Origin: Spirochaetia bacterium
GTDB taxonomy: Bacteria; Spirochaetota; Spirochaetia; UBA9216
Direction of reading: 5' to 3'
Length of the DNA stretch: 64,000 bases
NCBI GenBank assembly: GCA_963677925.2
Contig: CAXXYH010000003.1
Coordinates: forward strand, 1,472,001 to 1,536,000
A model generated the notes under the pieces. The model searched no databases and was not told the origin of the DNA. It saw only the letters and a program-made list of their open reading frames with translations. Positions 29,610 through 38,612 of this stretch are shown here, one piece after another (the stretch's first letter is position 1; each line of letters begins with the position of its first letter). A program made the position numbers and the translations under genes.

Positions 29610-30746
29610 TTAGAATTCCTGGTCACGATAGACAATTTTTCCATCCTTTATTGTCGCCATGGCTTTTAGAAACGATTTCCCCTTCAGGGTGTTTCCTGTT
29701 CTATCCCCAAAAATGACATCCTTTTTTATATTACGGAAAACCGCTATATCAGCAGCAGCACCTTCTTTCAGCACAGCAGTTACTCCGGCCTTTCCGATTA
29801 TTTTTGCAGGGTTGACCGTACACATATCGAAAACCTGCCTTACAGATAATCCAAGGCTGATATATTTTGACATGACATGCAGAAGATTAAAAACATTCGG
29901 ACGAAGATACAGGCTCCTGGTAGTTAAATCTGTACTGATGGTATCCGGAAGAAATCCCTCTGAAATCGCCTGTCTTGCAACCTCGAATGAGAAATGAATA
30001 TTCGCGTTTGCTACATCAAAGACAACACCACGTTTTCTTGCGGATTTTGCGGATTCAGATATCCGTCCGTCAGGACCGAGAATGCTCCCGCCCTTATCCT
30101 GAAAGGCATGCGTAAAAATATCCCCCTTCCTTAAGAGATTAAGGATATCATCCATTACTCCCGGCGGATTTGAGCAGTGAACCATCACCGGTACATCAAG
30201 TTCTTCCGCAAGCCTGATTGTTTCTTTAAGCGGCTTCAACCCGAGGGAACCAACAATCTCTTTCCCCTGCCTGATTTTAAGCCCTATCAGTTCCCGGTTT
30301 CCCCATTTTTCAAAATATTCTGTAATTTTTTCCCTGTCATAATACTGAGGGTCCGGGTTTTCCAGATAACGGCCTGTAGCAAGCCCTGCAGAACAGACAT
30401 GCATAAAGGTAAAAACGTTAAGAGAGCTGGCTGCTATTGCCGGTCTGTGCCCGGCATAGGTTCCGGCCCCGGCACTGCCGCAGTCCACAACTGTTGTTAC
30501 TCCCGAAGGAAAGCATGCAGCCTCTCCGCAGACTCCGATTTCAGCAAGCGGAGCCAGATGTAAATGAAAATCCACAAGGCCCGGGCTGACAATACAATCT
30601 GAAGCATCTATTACATGTTTTGATTCAGATGCTGAGATTTTTCCAATTCTGACAATCTTATTCCCTGCGATCCCTATATCGTTGTTTTCGGGCGTCTCTT
30701 GTCCGGATAACAGCAGATTTCCGTTTTTGATAAGTAAGTCAAACAT
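29610..30746 (-). CDS. Amidohydrolase-superfamily metallo-hydrolase (dihydroorotase/deacetylase-like, COG3964 type)
   Basis: DFHLH, GLKIR (carbamylated Lys position), MVH, FTH, STD metal ligands. Confidence 0.88.
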   Translation of the reverse strand: MFDLLIKNGNLLLSGQETPENNDIGIAGNKIVRIGKISASESKHVIDASDCIVSPGLVDFHLHLAPLAEIGVCGEAACFPSGVTTVVDCGSAGAGTYAGHRPAIAASSLNVFTFMHVCSAGLATGRYLENPDPQYYDREKITEYFEKWGNRELIGLKIRQGKEIVGSLGLKPLKETIRLAEELDVPVMVHCSNPPGVMDDILNLLRKGDIFTHAFQDKGGSILGPDGRISESAKSARKRGVVFDVANANIHFSFEVARQAISEGFLPDTISTDLTTRSLYLRPNVFNLLHVMSKYISLGLSVRQVFDMCTVNPAKIIGKAGVTAVLKEGAAADIAVFRNIKKDVIFGDRTGNTLKGKSFLKAMATIKDGKIVYRDQEF

Positions 30747-30766
30747 AGTTTTTCCAGTAATTTAAA

Positions 30767-31582
30767 TCAGCAGCAGTTCTCTTCAAACTGCTTCATCTTG
30801 GATGAAAGCATTCTGCGCCAGGCATCTGTATCAATAAACTTTTCACTGCCTCTGGAAGTATCATAGCCAAGGCCCAGAAAATCATAATCTACAGCATGTC
30901 CGACATGAGAAGGCAGAACAATATCTACATGCTTCTCCATCATTTCTTCAAGCTGCCTTCTGTAATCATCATGAAGAGACACAGGCAGCCGGTTTTCAAT
31001 CAATTCAGGCTTGCTCACTCCATGAATGCCCAGCCCGCCATGCATTGCGCAAGTAAGATTCTTACCTTCATTCTGGGTCTCAATAAAAAAGCTGGTTGTA
31101 CCCGGAGTATGGCCCGGACAGTGAACAGGCTTTATAACTGTACCGCCGAAATTAATTTCTGAATCATAATCATATGTATTGGTAATTTTAAATTCAGGAA
31201 CAGTGTGTTCAAAAAATATCAGATCACGGCGTTCTTCAAAAAAGAACAGATCATCTTTTCCTATCCATATCTCGCATCCAGTCATTTCCTGAATTGCACG
31301 GGCAGCACCGCAGTGATCGAAATGTCCATGTGATATAAATAGTTTTTTTATATCACGCGGATTGAAGCCCGCCTGGTGTATACCGTCAACAAGCTGGTAG
31401 AGTGTCTCCTGCATTGCACAGTCGATCAGAATCAAGCCTTCTTCTGTTTCAATAAGAAAGCATGATACCCAGGAAGTTCCAACAAAATATATATTGCCTA
31501 CTACATGGAAGGGTTTTGTCATGATAATCCATGGTTCTGCAAGACGCTTATTGGTCAGTTCTGTAATTTCTGTGATATCCAT
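30767..31582 (-). CDS. MBL-fold hydrolase, subclass-B3-like
   Basis: PFHVVGNIYFVGT, SHGHFDH, PGHTPG, PSH motifs. Start reassigned to ATG 31582. Confidence 0.85.
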   Translation of the reverse strand: MDITEITELTNKRLAEPWIIMTKPFHVVGNIYFVGTSWVSCFLIETEEGLILIDCAMQETLYQLVDGIHQAGFNPRDIKKLFISHGHFDHCGAARAIQEMTGCEIWIGKDDLFFFEERRDLIFFEHTVPEFKITNTYDYDSEINFGGTVIKPVHCPGHTPGTTSFFIETQNEGKNLTCAMHGGLGIHGVSKPELIENRLPVSLHDDYRRQLEEMMEKHVDIVLPSHVGHAVDYDFLGLGYDTSRGSEKFIDTDAWRRMLSSKMKQFEENCC

Positions 31583-31584
31583 AA

Positions 31585-33093
31585 TCATTCTCCAGCAGCA
31601 GCTGCTGCACGCTTCTCTGCACGACCTGCCCTTATTTGAGAAACAAATGCAAATACTATGATAAGAAGGCACAAAGAAAGCAATGTTACACATAAGGGTC
31701 GGGTCAGAAAAGGCATAATAGATCCCCGGCTGTGCTGAACTGCACGCCGCAGATTAGTCTCAACTGACGGCCCCAGTACAAAGCCCAGTACCAAGGGGGC
31801 TCTCGGAATACCAATCTTAAATAAAAGAAACCCGAATACACCGAATATCAGCAATGTCCATACATCAAACATATTATTGTTGTTTGCATATGAACCGACA
31901 ATGCAGAGCACCAGTATAATCGGAAGAAGTATGCCTTTTGGAACATTCAGCGCCTTTACGAACAGCCGCAAGCCGAAATATTCTATGAAAAACATAATAA
32001 TTGTACAGATTATCAAAGCTACAAAGATTGTATTTACCAGAGGTGCGCTTGTCTTGAACAGCAGCGGTCCCGGGACAATTCCGTGAATCATAAATGCACC
32101 GAGCAGCATCGCTGTCGGCCCATCACCCGGAATACCAAGAGTAAGCAGGGGAATCATTGCGCCTCCTATGGAAGCGTTATTTGAAGTCTCCGATGCAACT
32201 ATACCATCCATTATGCCCGTTCCGAATTTCTCAGGGTACTTGGAGTTTTTCTGCACTGCAGCATAGGCTACCTGGTTCGCCAGAGAACCGCCCATACCGG
32301 GCAGAAATCCGATTACAATTCCAATAACCGAAGATATCACAAAGTTCTTTGCCTGACCGAAAAACTCCCGTATTGAGAATCCGAAACCTCTGACCTTTTC
32401 GGTTTTAGTCTTTACATCCGCTTTCTTATCAGCGTTGCTGACGGCCTTCATTATCTCAGTTACGGCAAATAATCCTATGACTGCCGGTAAAAGGGAAAAA
32501 CCGTTAAGCAGCTGTACTTCACCGAAGGTGAATCTGGGTGTTCCATCGATAGGAGCAATACCGACCATCGCGATGGCAAGCCCCATGAATCCGGACAGCA
32601 GACCAAGCAGCATATTCTTACCGGAGACTCCTGAAATCAATGTAAGCGACAGCAGGGTCAGCGCAAAGAAATCATAGGAACTCATCTTAATTGTCAGCTT
32701 TGAAAGCGGAGGCGCAGCGGCAATAAGAACGATAAGGCTCACGATAGTACCGAGCGTTGAGAAAACTATACCTATTCCGAGAGCTCTGTGAGCCTGACCT
32801 TTTACAGCCATCGGCGAACCGTCATACGTGGTTGCTATCGACATTGCCGAACCGGGAATATTGATAAGTATAGCTGAAATCAATCCGCCGGAAACACCGC
32901 CGATGTACAGGGCAATAAGCAGAGCAAAGGCGCTGGTCACATCAATCGCAAAGGTGACGGGCAGGAACAGCGCGATTGCCATGGTTGAACTTAATCCTGG
33001 AATAGCGCCAAAGAGAATACCGACGATCACACCTACCACCATCAGGGTAATATTTAACGGTGTCATTAAACCTATAAAAGTTGAAACTAACAT
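31585..33093 (-). CDS. tctA: Tripartite tricarboxylate transporter large permease
   Basis: GAIPGLS, INIPG, GFLPGMG, ETSNNA, TLGIPG motifs. Confidence 0.95.
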   Translation of the reverse strand: MLVSTFIGLMTPLNITLMVVGVIVGILFGAIPGLSSTMAIALFLPVTFAIDVTSAFALLIALYIGGVSGGLISAILINIPGSAMSIATTYDGSPMAVKGQAHRALGIGIVFSTLGTIVSLIVLIAAAPPLSKLTIKMSSYDFFALTLLSLTLISGVSGKNMLLGLLSGFMGLAIAMVGIAPIDGTPRFTFGEVQLLNGFSLLPAVIGLFAVTEIMKAVSNADKKADVKTKTEKVRGFGFSIREFFGQAKNFVISSVIGIVIGFLPGMGGSLANQVAYAAVQKNSKYPEKFGTGIMDGIVASETSNNASIGGAMIPLLTLGIPGDGPTAMLLGAFMIHGIVPGPLLFKTSAPLVNTIFVALIICTIIMFFIEYFGLRLFVKALNVPKGILLPIILVLCIVGSYANNNNMFDVWTLLIFGVFGFLLFKIGIPRAPLVLGFVLGPSVETNLRRAVQHSRGSIMPFLTRPLCVTLLSLCLLIIVFAFVSQIRAGRAEKRAAAAAGE

Positions 33094-33094
33094 A

Positions 33095-33646
33095 TTATCT
33101 CCCCAGGACTGCTTTAAATAATGCCCCGATTGGCAGGTTTACATATATGAATTCTTTGAAACAAAAATAAACCACAACTGCAACTATTACTGCAATTATT
33201 GCATACATTTTCACATTTCTCGAAGCCTTCGAATTCATAATGATCATATTGGAGATCAAATAAATTATCGAAGACAGAATAAAGCCGATTTGCGTCATGA
33301 GCAGTATAAATAACAATATACTGCCCAGAACAATCAGGGATTTTTGATTACCCGCAACTGTCTCTTTTGCTACTGCGCTGTTAAGTATCTCTTTTCGCAA
33401 GGCTTTATTCCTTAGCAATTCCTGTATAAAAATCAGGATTCCAAGAATTAACAGAACAGTGTAGATCAGACGCGGGGCAAATGCAGCATTGTCTACAACA
33501 TTCAGTCCTCCGGCTTGAACATAATCTGAAGTCTGGATAAGCATAAAAATGGAAACCAGAGCAATTATCAACCCGAGAGCCATCAGTTTGTAAGCGGAAA
33601 AATAAATCTCCGCCCTATAAAAAACACTGTCAATTTTACTTTTCAT
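33095..33646 (-). CDS. tctB: Tripartite tricarboxylate transporter small permease
   Basis: Several TM segments, C-terminal VNLPIG, located between tctC and tctA. Confidence 0.85.
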   Translation of the reverse strand: MKSKIDSVFYRAEIYFSAYKLMALGLIIALVSIFMLIQTSDYVQAGGLNVVDNAAFAPRLIYTVLLILGILIFIQELLRNKALRKEILNSAVAKETVAGNQKSLIVLGSILLFILLMTQIGFILSSIIYLISNMIIMNSKASRNVKMYAIIAVIVAVVVYFCFKEFIYVNLPIGALFKAVLGR

Positions 33647-33666
33647 ACCAAAAATCCCTTAATTCT

Positions 33667-34656
33667 CTATTTTAAAAACTTCTGGAAAACTTCGGCCGAA
33701 TGATCAAGCACGTCTGTAAGTTCTTTCGGAGAGTAATTAACGTCAACCATGCCAAATCGGGCCATTTCTTTCTTATAGTCGGGATTTGTCTGAATCTTCT
33801 CATGAAACAGCTTGTTGAATTTTTCAAGTACGGCAGGATCAGTTCCCTTCGGAGCAAGTAAATATATACCCTGGTCTACAAATGCGAAATCATAGCCGCT
33901 TTCCTTGAAGGTCGGAACATCCGGGAGAAAGGGATTTCTTTCTTCAGCGGTAATTGCAAGATAACGGAAGTCTCCTGACTGAAGATAACCGGTGATTGCA
34001 GCCATACCGGAAATGATAAAATCAACCTGTCCGCCGAGGAGGGCAACAGAGCGTTCTGAAGTATTTCCGGCGTCGATACAGTACATATCGATTCCGAGAG
34101 CATCTTCAATTGCCAGCATACAGAGATAAGGATAACCGGTCATTGAAATACCGCCGGTAACACTGTCAGGATTTTTTTCAATTGCGTCAAATAAATCCTT
34201 TAGAGTTTTGTAGGGGGAATCTCCACGGACAAGAATTCCGTTTGAAGAATCCAGCCCCGGGGTAAAGGCTGCATCAAATGCTTCATGACCGAAATCAAGC
34301 TGGCCCTGAGCCGCAGATATCAGGAGCCCTGTGATGCCGAATACATAGTTGTATCCGTTAGGATCCTGCTTTCGAACCTGCTCATAACCTGAAAGACCTG
34401 TAACATTGGTTACAACTACTGCTTCGCCTGTTTCCTGGGTTATGTACTTGGTAATTATTCTTGTAATGATGTCGGCTCCGCCTCCTGCTGAAGCAGGTAC
34501 AAGAATGTTAATAGGCTGTTCAGGCCAGTTTTCTGCAGCACTAACTGCTTTTTCAGTTACGGCTTCTGCAGAAGACTTTTCCGACTTCGCAGAACAGCTT
34601 ACCATCAGGGCGACACTTACTGTAAGAATCAGCAAAAATGATAATATCCTTTTCAT
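33667..34656 (-). CDS. tctC: Tripartite tricarboxylate transporter substrate-binding lipoprotein (Bug/TctC)
   Basis: Lipobox MVSC; WPEQPINILVPASAGGGADI; DVPTFKESG; APKGT. Confidence 0.92.
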   Translation of the reverse strand: MKRILSFLLILTVSVALMVSCSAKSEKSSAEAVTEKAVSAAENWPEQPINILVPASAGGGADIITRIITKYITQETGEAVVVTNVTGLSGYEQVRKQDPNGYNYVFGITGLLISAAQGQLDFGHEAFDAAFTPGLDSSNGILVRGDSPYKTLKDLFDAIEKNPDSVTGGISMTGYPYLCMLAIEDALGIDMYCIDAGNTSERSVALLGGQVDFIISGMAAITGYLQSGDFRYLAITAEERNPFLPDVPTFKESGYDFAFVDQGIYLLAPKGTDPAVLEKFNKLFHEKIQTNPDYKKEMARFGMVDVNYSPKELTDVLDHSAEVFQKFLK

Positions 34657-34700
34657 TAAAAACCTCCATAGTTTTTATTTTAATTTTTATTTTAATACAT

Positions 34701-35402
34701 TCACGGATGATAGACCTCGTCTATCAGTTCAAAACCTTTTTCATCAAGCAGCTTTCCAACCCATTCTCTGTTTGCGGTTCCATCTTTGGCTGCAGCCAGT
34801 TTCTTCTCGTCCTGAATCTGGAAAGCTTTTGCCTTCTCCAGGGTAACTTCTGCATCCTTTTTTGGAATCACAATTACTCCGTCAGGATCAGTCAGAATAA
34901 TATCTCCGGGATTCACACTGATTTCTCCGCATGATATAGGGACATTTATCTCACCCGGACCCTCTTTATATGGCCCTCCCGGAGTAGTTCCTGTAGCGTA
35001 AATTGGAAAATCCCAGCTGTTAACTTCATCGATATCCCGTATCGGTCCGTCCAGTATAATACCGGCAATTTTCTTTGTATAAAAGAGATAAGCAAGCATT
35101 ACCTCACCAATAAGTGAACGGGTCTGATCACCTTCATTTGAAATGACAAGCATATCACCTTCACTTACAAGATTCAGTGCTGCATGAATGAGAAGATTGT
35201 CTCCGGCCCTTGCCTTGACGGTGAATGCAGGACCTGCAGTGCATTGTCTGGACGGACTGCTCATCAGCCGGATGCGGGGATTCATGGCACAGGATCTTTC
35301 CATAACATCCGCACAATTTGAAGCAGGGATGCTGTTAAACTGTTTCACCAATTCCGGATCAGGAAGATCCCTTTTAAGATAAATTCTTTTACCAACCGGC
35401 AT
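34701..35402 (-). CDS. RraA-family protein (HMG/CHA-type class II pyruvate aldolase or oxaloacetate decarboxylase candidate)
   Basis: GPAFTV, GDNL, GEVM, DGPIRD, GDIILTDPDGV motifs. Confidence 0.88.
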   Translation of the reverse strand: MPVGKRIYLKRDLPDPELVKQFNSIPASNCADVMERSCAMNPRIRLMSSPSRQCTAGPAFTVKARAGDNLLIHAALNLVSEGDMLVISNEGDQTRSLIGEVMLAYLFYTKKIAGIILDGPIRDIDEVNSWDFPIYATGTTPGGPYKEGPGEINVPISCGEISVNPGDIILTDPDGVIVIPKKDAEVTLEKAKAFQIQDEKKLAAAKDGTANREWVGKLLDEKGFELIDEVYHP

Positions 35403-35416
35403 AAGCTCTCCTTTTA

Positions 35417-36292
35417 TTACTGGTTTTTTCTCATGGAAACTAGAACTGAATGAATATCTTCATACTCATCTTTAGCCTGTTCTCCTGAAAGACATTCGGC
35501 AAGATATTCATGTTTATATTTTGACGCTTTTACCATTGCATTATCTACATCCCGATCCATCAGCATCTGAACAGAACCGTTTAATTCTTCGGCTCTTCTT
35601 TTTGCATGAACAGCTGTGCCGGTAATAAGTCTTTTTAAATGGCTTTCAAATGATATACCATCCATAGAAGCACTGAGAGAGGAAACAACTTCATCCATCA
35701 CATTATATTTATAAGCACCTTCAAGCATTTCAAGCATGAGTGCAGCTATACCTTTCATAAAAACACTGCGTATCAGCTTTATTGCCGAGGCTGATCCAGC
35801 CTGAGAACCGACACAGGTGATATTCATACCCTTTTTGGACATTGTTTCCTTGAATTTTTCAGCACCCGATCCGCTGGCTGTTATGGGAACCTTATGCCTG
35901 TTTAAAGGAAGAGAACCAAGCATAGCAGCATCTACATATAGTGCACCCGATTTCTCAACCATCTTTTCAAATGATTCTTTAACTTTGGGTGTCGAAGCAC
36001 TTACATCAATATACAGCTGACCCGGTTTTAGAAATGGAGTGATTTCATTGCATACATCCTGAGCATTCACAGCCGGTACTGCAACAAAAAGGAAATCGGT
36101 TGTATCTACCGTATCAGCCGGAGAAACAAGCAGTTTGACGCGGCTGTCCTGTGCTCTTTGCTTAATCTTCTTTCCGGCAACAGGATGCTCCAGCATTGCA
36201 TCATAAGCAACAATTCCGGATACGCCTTCATCCTTCAAACCCATAGAAATATAATATGCTGCTTCACCAAAGCCTATAAACCCAACATTCAC
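35417..36292 (-). CDS. NAD(P)-dependent beta-hydroxyacid dehydrogenase-family protein (DUF1932-type C-terminus)
   Basis: GFGEAA, ASAIKLIRSVFMKG, HAKRRAEE motifs; GTG start after AAGG. Confidence 0.82.
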   Translation of the reverse strand: MNVGFIGFGEAAYYISMGLKDEGVSGIVAYDAMLEHPVAGKKIKQRAQDSRVKLLVSPADTVDTTDFLFVAVPAVNAQDVCNEITPFLKPGQLYIDVSASTPKVKESFEKMVEKSGALYVDAAMLGSLPLNRHKVPITASGSGAEKFKETMSKKGMNITCVGSQAGSASAIKLIRSVFMKGIAALMLEMLEGAYKYNVMDEVVSSLSASMDGISFESHLKRLITGTAVHAKRRAEELNGSVQMLMDRDVDNAMVKASKYKHEYLAECLSGEQAKDEYEDIHSVLVSMRKNQ

Positions 36293-36340
36293 TGTATAGC
36301 ACCTTCCATAGATAAACTGTCAAATTAGTATTGGGCTTAT

Positions 36341-36356
36341 TGCAAATACCGTGCCA
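36341..36356 (-). promoter_or_regulatory. Sigma-54 (-24/-12) promoter
   Basis: TGGCACG-GTAT-TTGCA, a full consensus match 49 nt upstream of the operon's first codon. Confidence 0.88.
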
Positions 36357-36487
36357 GTAACAATCAGGAATTTTCATGTGCTTTTATTTTATTGCTGTAT
36401 GGTGATTTATACTCTTTCAGTTATTCCAGGAGAAAAGTTTGATACAATATTTTAACAATCTATTTTTCAATTTACATTATATTTTGT

Positions 36488-36502
36488 ATTTCATAATGAA
36501 AT
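36488..36502. promoter_or_regulatory. Candidate enhancer (UAS) for the sigma-54 activator
   Basis: Palindrome ATTTCAT-a-ATGAAAT about 130 bp upstream of -24, in AT-rich DNA. Confidence 0.5.
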
Positions 36503-36521
36503 TTAAAATTAAAATTTTATC

Positions 36522-36551
36522 AAAAAAAAGGGACTTCCCGACGGAAGTCCC
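36522..36551 (-). terminator. Intrinsic terminator of the porin gene
   Basis: GGGACTTCC-N4-GGAAGTCCC followed by T8 on the minus strand. Confidence 0.9.
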
Positions 36552-36575
36552 CGCAAATCATTCTGAATGAATCGT

Positions 36576-37589
36576 TTAGTAGTCTATGTCAAAGAAGAGG
36601 TACGCACCGTTACCGGCAACTGTGCCGTTATCACCGTAAACGATAGTTGAAACATCATCACCGCTGGCCACAACAAAACCGGCACCAATACCAAGTGCAC
36701 CAAGGTTATACTTGCCGCCAAGATCTACTGACTGGAAAACAGAATCTGCTGTTGTATCAAGATCAACAATTGCATAGAGGTCTGTATTTTCAACCATTGA
36801 AGTGCTTACTTCAATAAGACAATCTTTGAAGGCAGAAGTAGCACTGGTTCCGCCTACACCTACGCTTGCATGAATTCCGGCAACATCAGCAGCAACTCCG
36901 GAACTCCAGCCGTATGCTTCTGTTCCAAGTCCATATGTAAAAACCGCAGGTACATATACTGAAACAGCATCAGAATCATAAGTATAACCGGCTTCCGCCC
37001 ATACATTACCTTCTGAAACAGAATCATATGCCGCATAGTAGCCGACCAGGAAGTTAGAACCTTCAACCGGTGAACCGGAGAAAGCAAGTCCCATCATTGT
37101 AAGGTCGAGATCCTGGTAAAATTTCACACTGTAACCGGCAACCCCAAAATCAAGTGCTACAGCTTCATCTTTTTTAGGTCCGAAGTTGAAGAGGTATGCT
37201 GAAGCTGCTCCGGTATAGTAAAATTCTTCACCGCTTCTTGAAACATAATTCCAGTTTGTGAAATATGTATCGAAGTAACCTGCAGTCATTGTGAGACTGA
37301 AAGCTTCAATTCCGAATACACCGGCGATATTGGAGCTTACCCTGAAATCATCAAGTGAAATGTTTCCATCAGTCCAGTCACCACCCTCTGCATCGAGTTC
37401 TACGGCTACTGTAGTGTTATCATCAACAGTTGCGCTGAGGTTTATTTCCGCCTTGGGAGTCTGAGAGGTCTGAGCATCAGCACCAAGGTTAGTTAAACCG
37501 AACATGAACTCTCCGCTGAGGTCAACATCAGCGAAAGCCCCCGCACTGACAACCAGAATCAATGCAAGTAAAATAGACAGTTTTTTCAT
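36576..37589 (-). CDS. Probable outer-membrane beta-barrel/porin
   Basis: SPase I leader ending AFA; alternating amphipathic strands; C-terminal AYLFFDIDY. Start reassigned to 37589. Confidence 0.75.
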   Translation of the reverse strand: MKKLSILLALILVVSAGAFADVDLSGEFMFGLTNLGADAQTSQTPKAEINLSATVDDNTTVAVELDAEGGDWTDGNISLDDFRVSSNIAGVFGIEAFSLTMTAGYFDTYFTNWNYVSRSGEEFYYTGAASAYLFNFGPKKDEAVALDFGVAGYSVKFYQDLDLTMMGLAFSGSPVEGSNFLVGYYAAYDSVSEGNVWAEAGYTYDSDAVSVYVPAVFTYGLGTEAYGWSSGVAADVAGIHASVGVGGTSATSAFKDCLIEVSTSMVENTDLYAIVDLDTTADSVFQSVDLGGKYNLGALGIGAGFVVASGDDVSTIVYGDNGTVAGNGAYLFFDIDY

Positions 37590-37712
37590 TCTTTCTGTTC
37601 TCCTTGAAAATTTATTCCTGTACATGATCTGGTCTTTATGTGTGAAGTATATGGAGGATATGTGGATCGTTATTGAAGATTTGGTGTTTACAGGATGAAG
37701 AACAATCCTGAA

Positions 37713-38417
37713 TCAATCAGTCGATGGAGTGCCGCAAAAACGGTAACCGTAACCTCTGACAGTTTCTATCCACTCACCCTTTCCAAGCTTTGCCCGTATA
37801 TTCTTAATATGGGTATCAACAATCCGGTCATAACCTTCAAAGTTATATTCAAGTGAATGATCCAGAATCTGCTCCCTTGAAACTACAACATGCTCATTCG
37901 AAACAAGATATGTCAGGATTTTCCATTCGGTAGCCGTCATTCGTGTATTCTCATTATCGACAAAAAGTTCATGCCCGGGAAAATCAATTTCTATCCGGTA
38001 GTTATTCAGCCTCCACTTTCGGCTCAACGAACCTGCTCCGGCAGAAACGAGCTTCCTGTTTGCACGCCGAAGCAGGGCATTAATTCTCAGCATCAGTTCT
38101 TTTATCGAAAACGGCTTCTCAACAAAGTCATCACCGCCTATTTCAAAACCCATAATCCGGTCTGATTCTGTATTTTTTGATGTCATAAAAATAATGGGAA
38201 CATCAGACGCCTTCCGAATCTCTTTACCCAGGTAAAATCCGTTGCCGTCAGGAAGAACGACATCAAGCAGCAGTAAGTCGACATCATTTGAGTTAAGATG
38301 TTCAAGAACTCCGGTGCAGCCGGGAAATTCAACTGTGGAGTAGTCTTCAAGATTCAGATAGGATACAACCGCCTCGCGGATAGCCTCATTATCTTCAACA
38401 ATAGCAATAGTATACAT
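37713..38417 (-). CDS. OmpR-family response regulator
   Basis: IVED, LLDVVLP, DDFVEKPF, IVDTHIKNIR, ETVRGYGY motifs. Confidence 0.95.
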   Translation of the reverse strand: MYTIAIVEDNEAIREAVVSYLNLEDYSTVEFPGCTGVLEHLNSNDVDLLLLDVVLPDGNGFYLGKEIRKASDVPIIFMTSKNTESDRIMGFEIGGDDFVEKPFSIKELMLRINALLRRANRKLVSAGAGSLSRKWRLNNYRIEIDFPGHELFVDNENTRMTATEWKILTYLVSNEHVVVSREQILDHSLEYNFEGYDRIVDTHIKNIRAKLGKGEWIETVRGYGYRFCGTPSTD

Positions 38418-38461
38418 TTTCACTCTCCGATAGTTTTCTTAAATATACTTCGACTTCATAG

Positions 38462-38481
38462 ACCATCAGTTAACTGATGGT
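38462..38481. promoter_or_regulatory. Perfect 20-bp palindrome in the divergent RR/HK promoter region
   Basis: ACCATCAGTTAACTGATGGT. Confidence 0.55.
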
Positions 38482-38612
38482 AAATTGAATGTAAACAATG
38501 TAATAATCAAAGCGTCTAATGTCCTGTTTTTGTTGATATTGTGTTTTTTATGTGTATTATCAATTTTTCAGACAGATGCAGTTTGAACAACATGAAGATA
38601 TGGAATATAAAA

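Noticed and set aside
30767-31582. Possible antibiotic-resistance metallo-beta-lactamase
   Set aside because: No signal peptide and it is embedded in a catabolic operon; a resistance call is not supportable from sequence.
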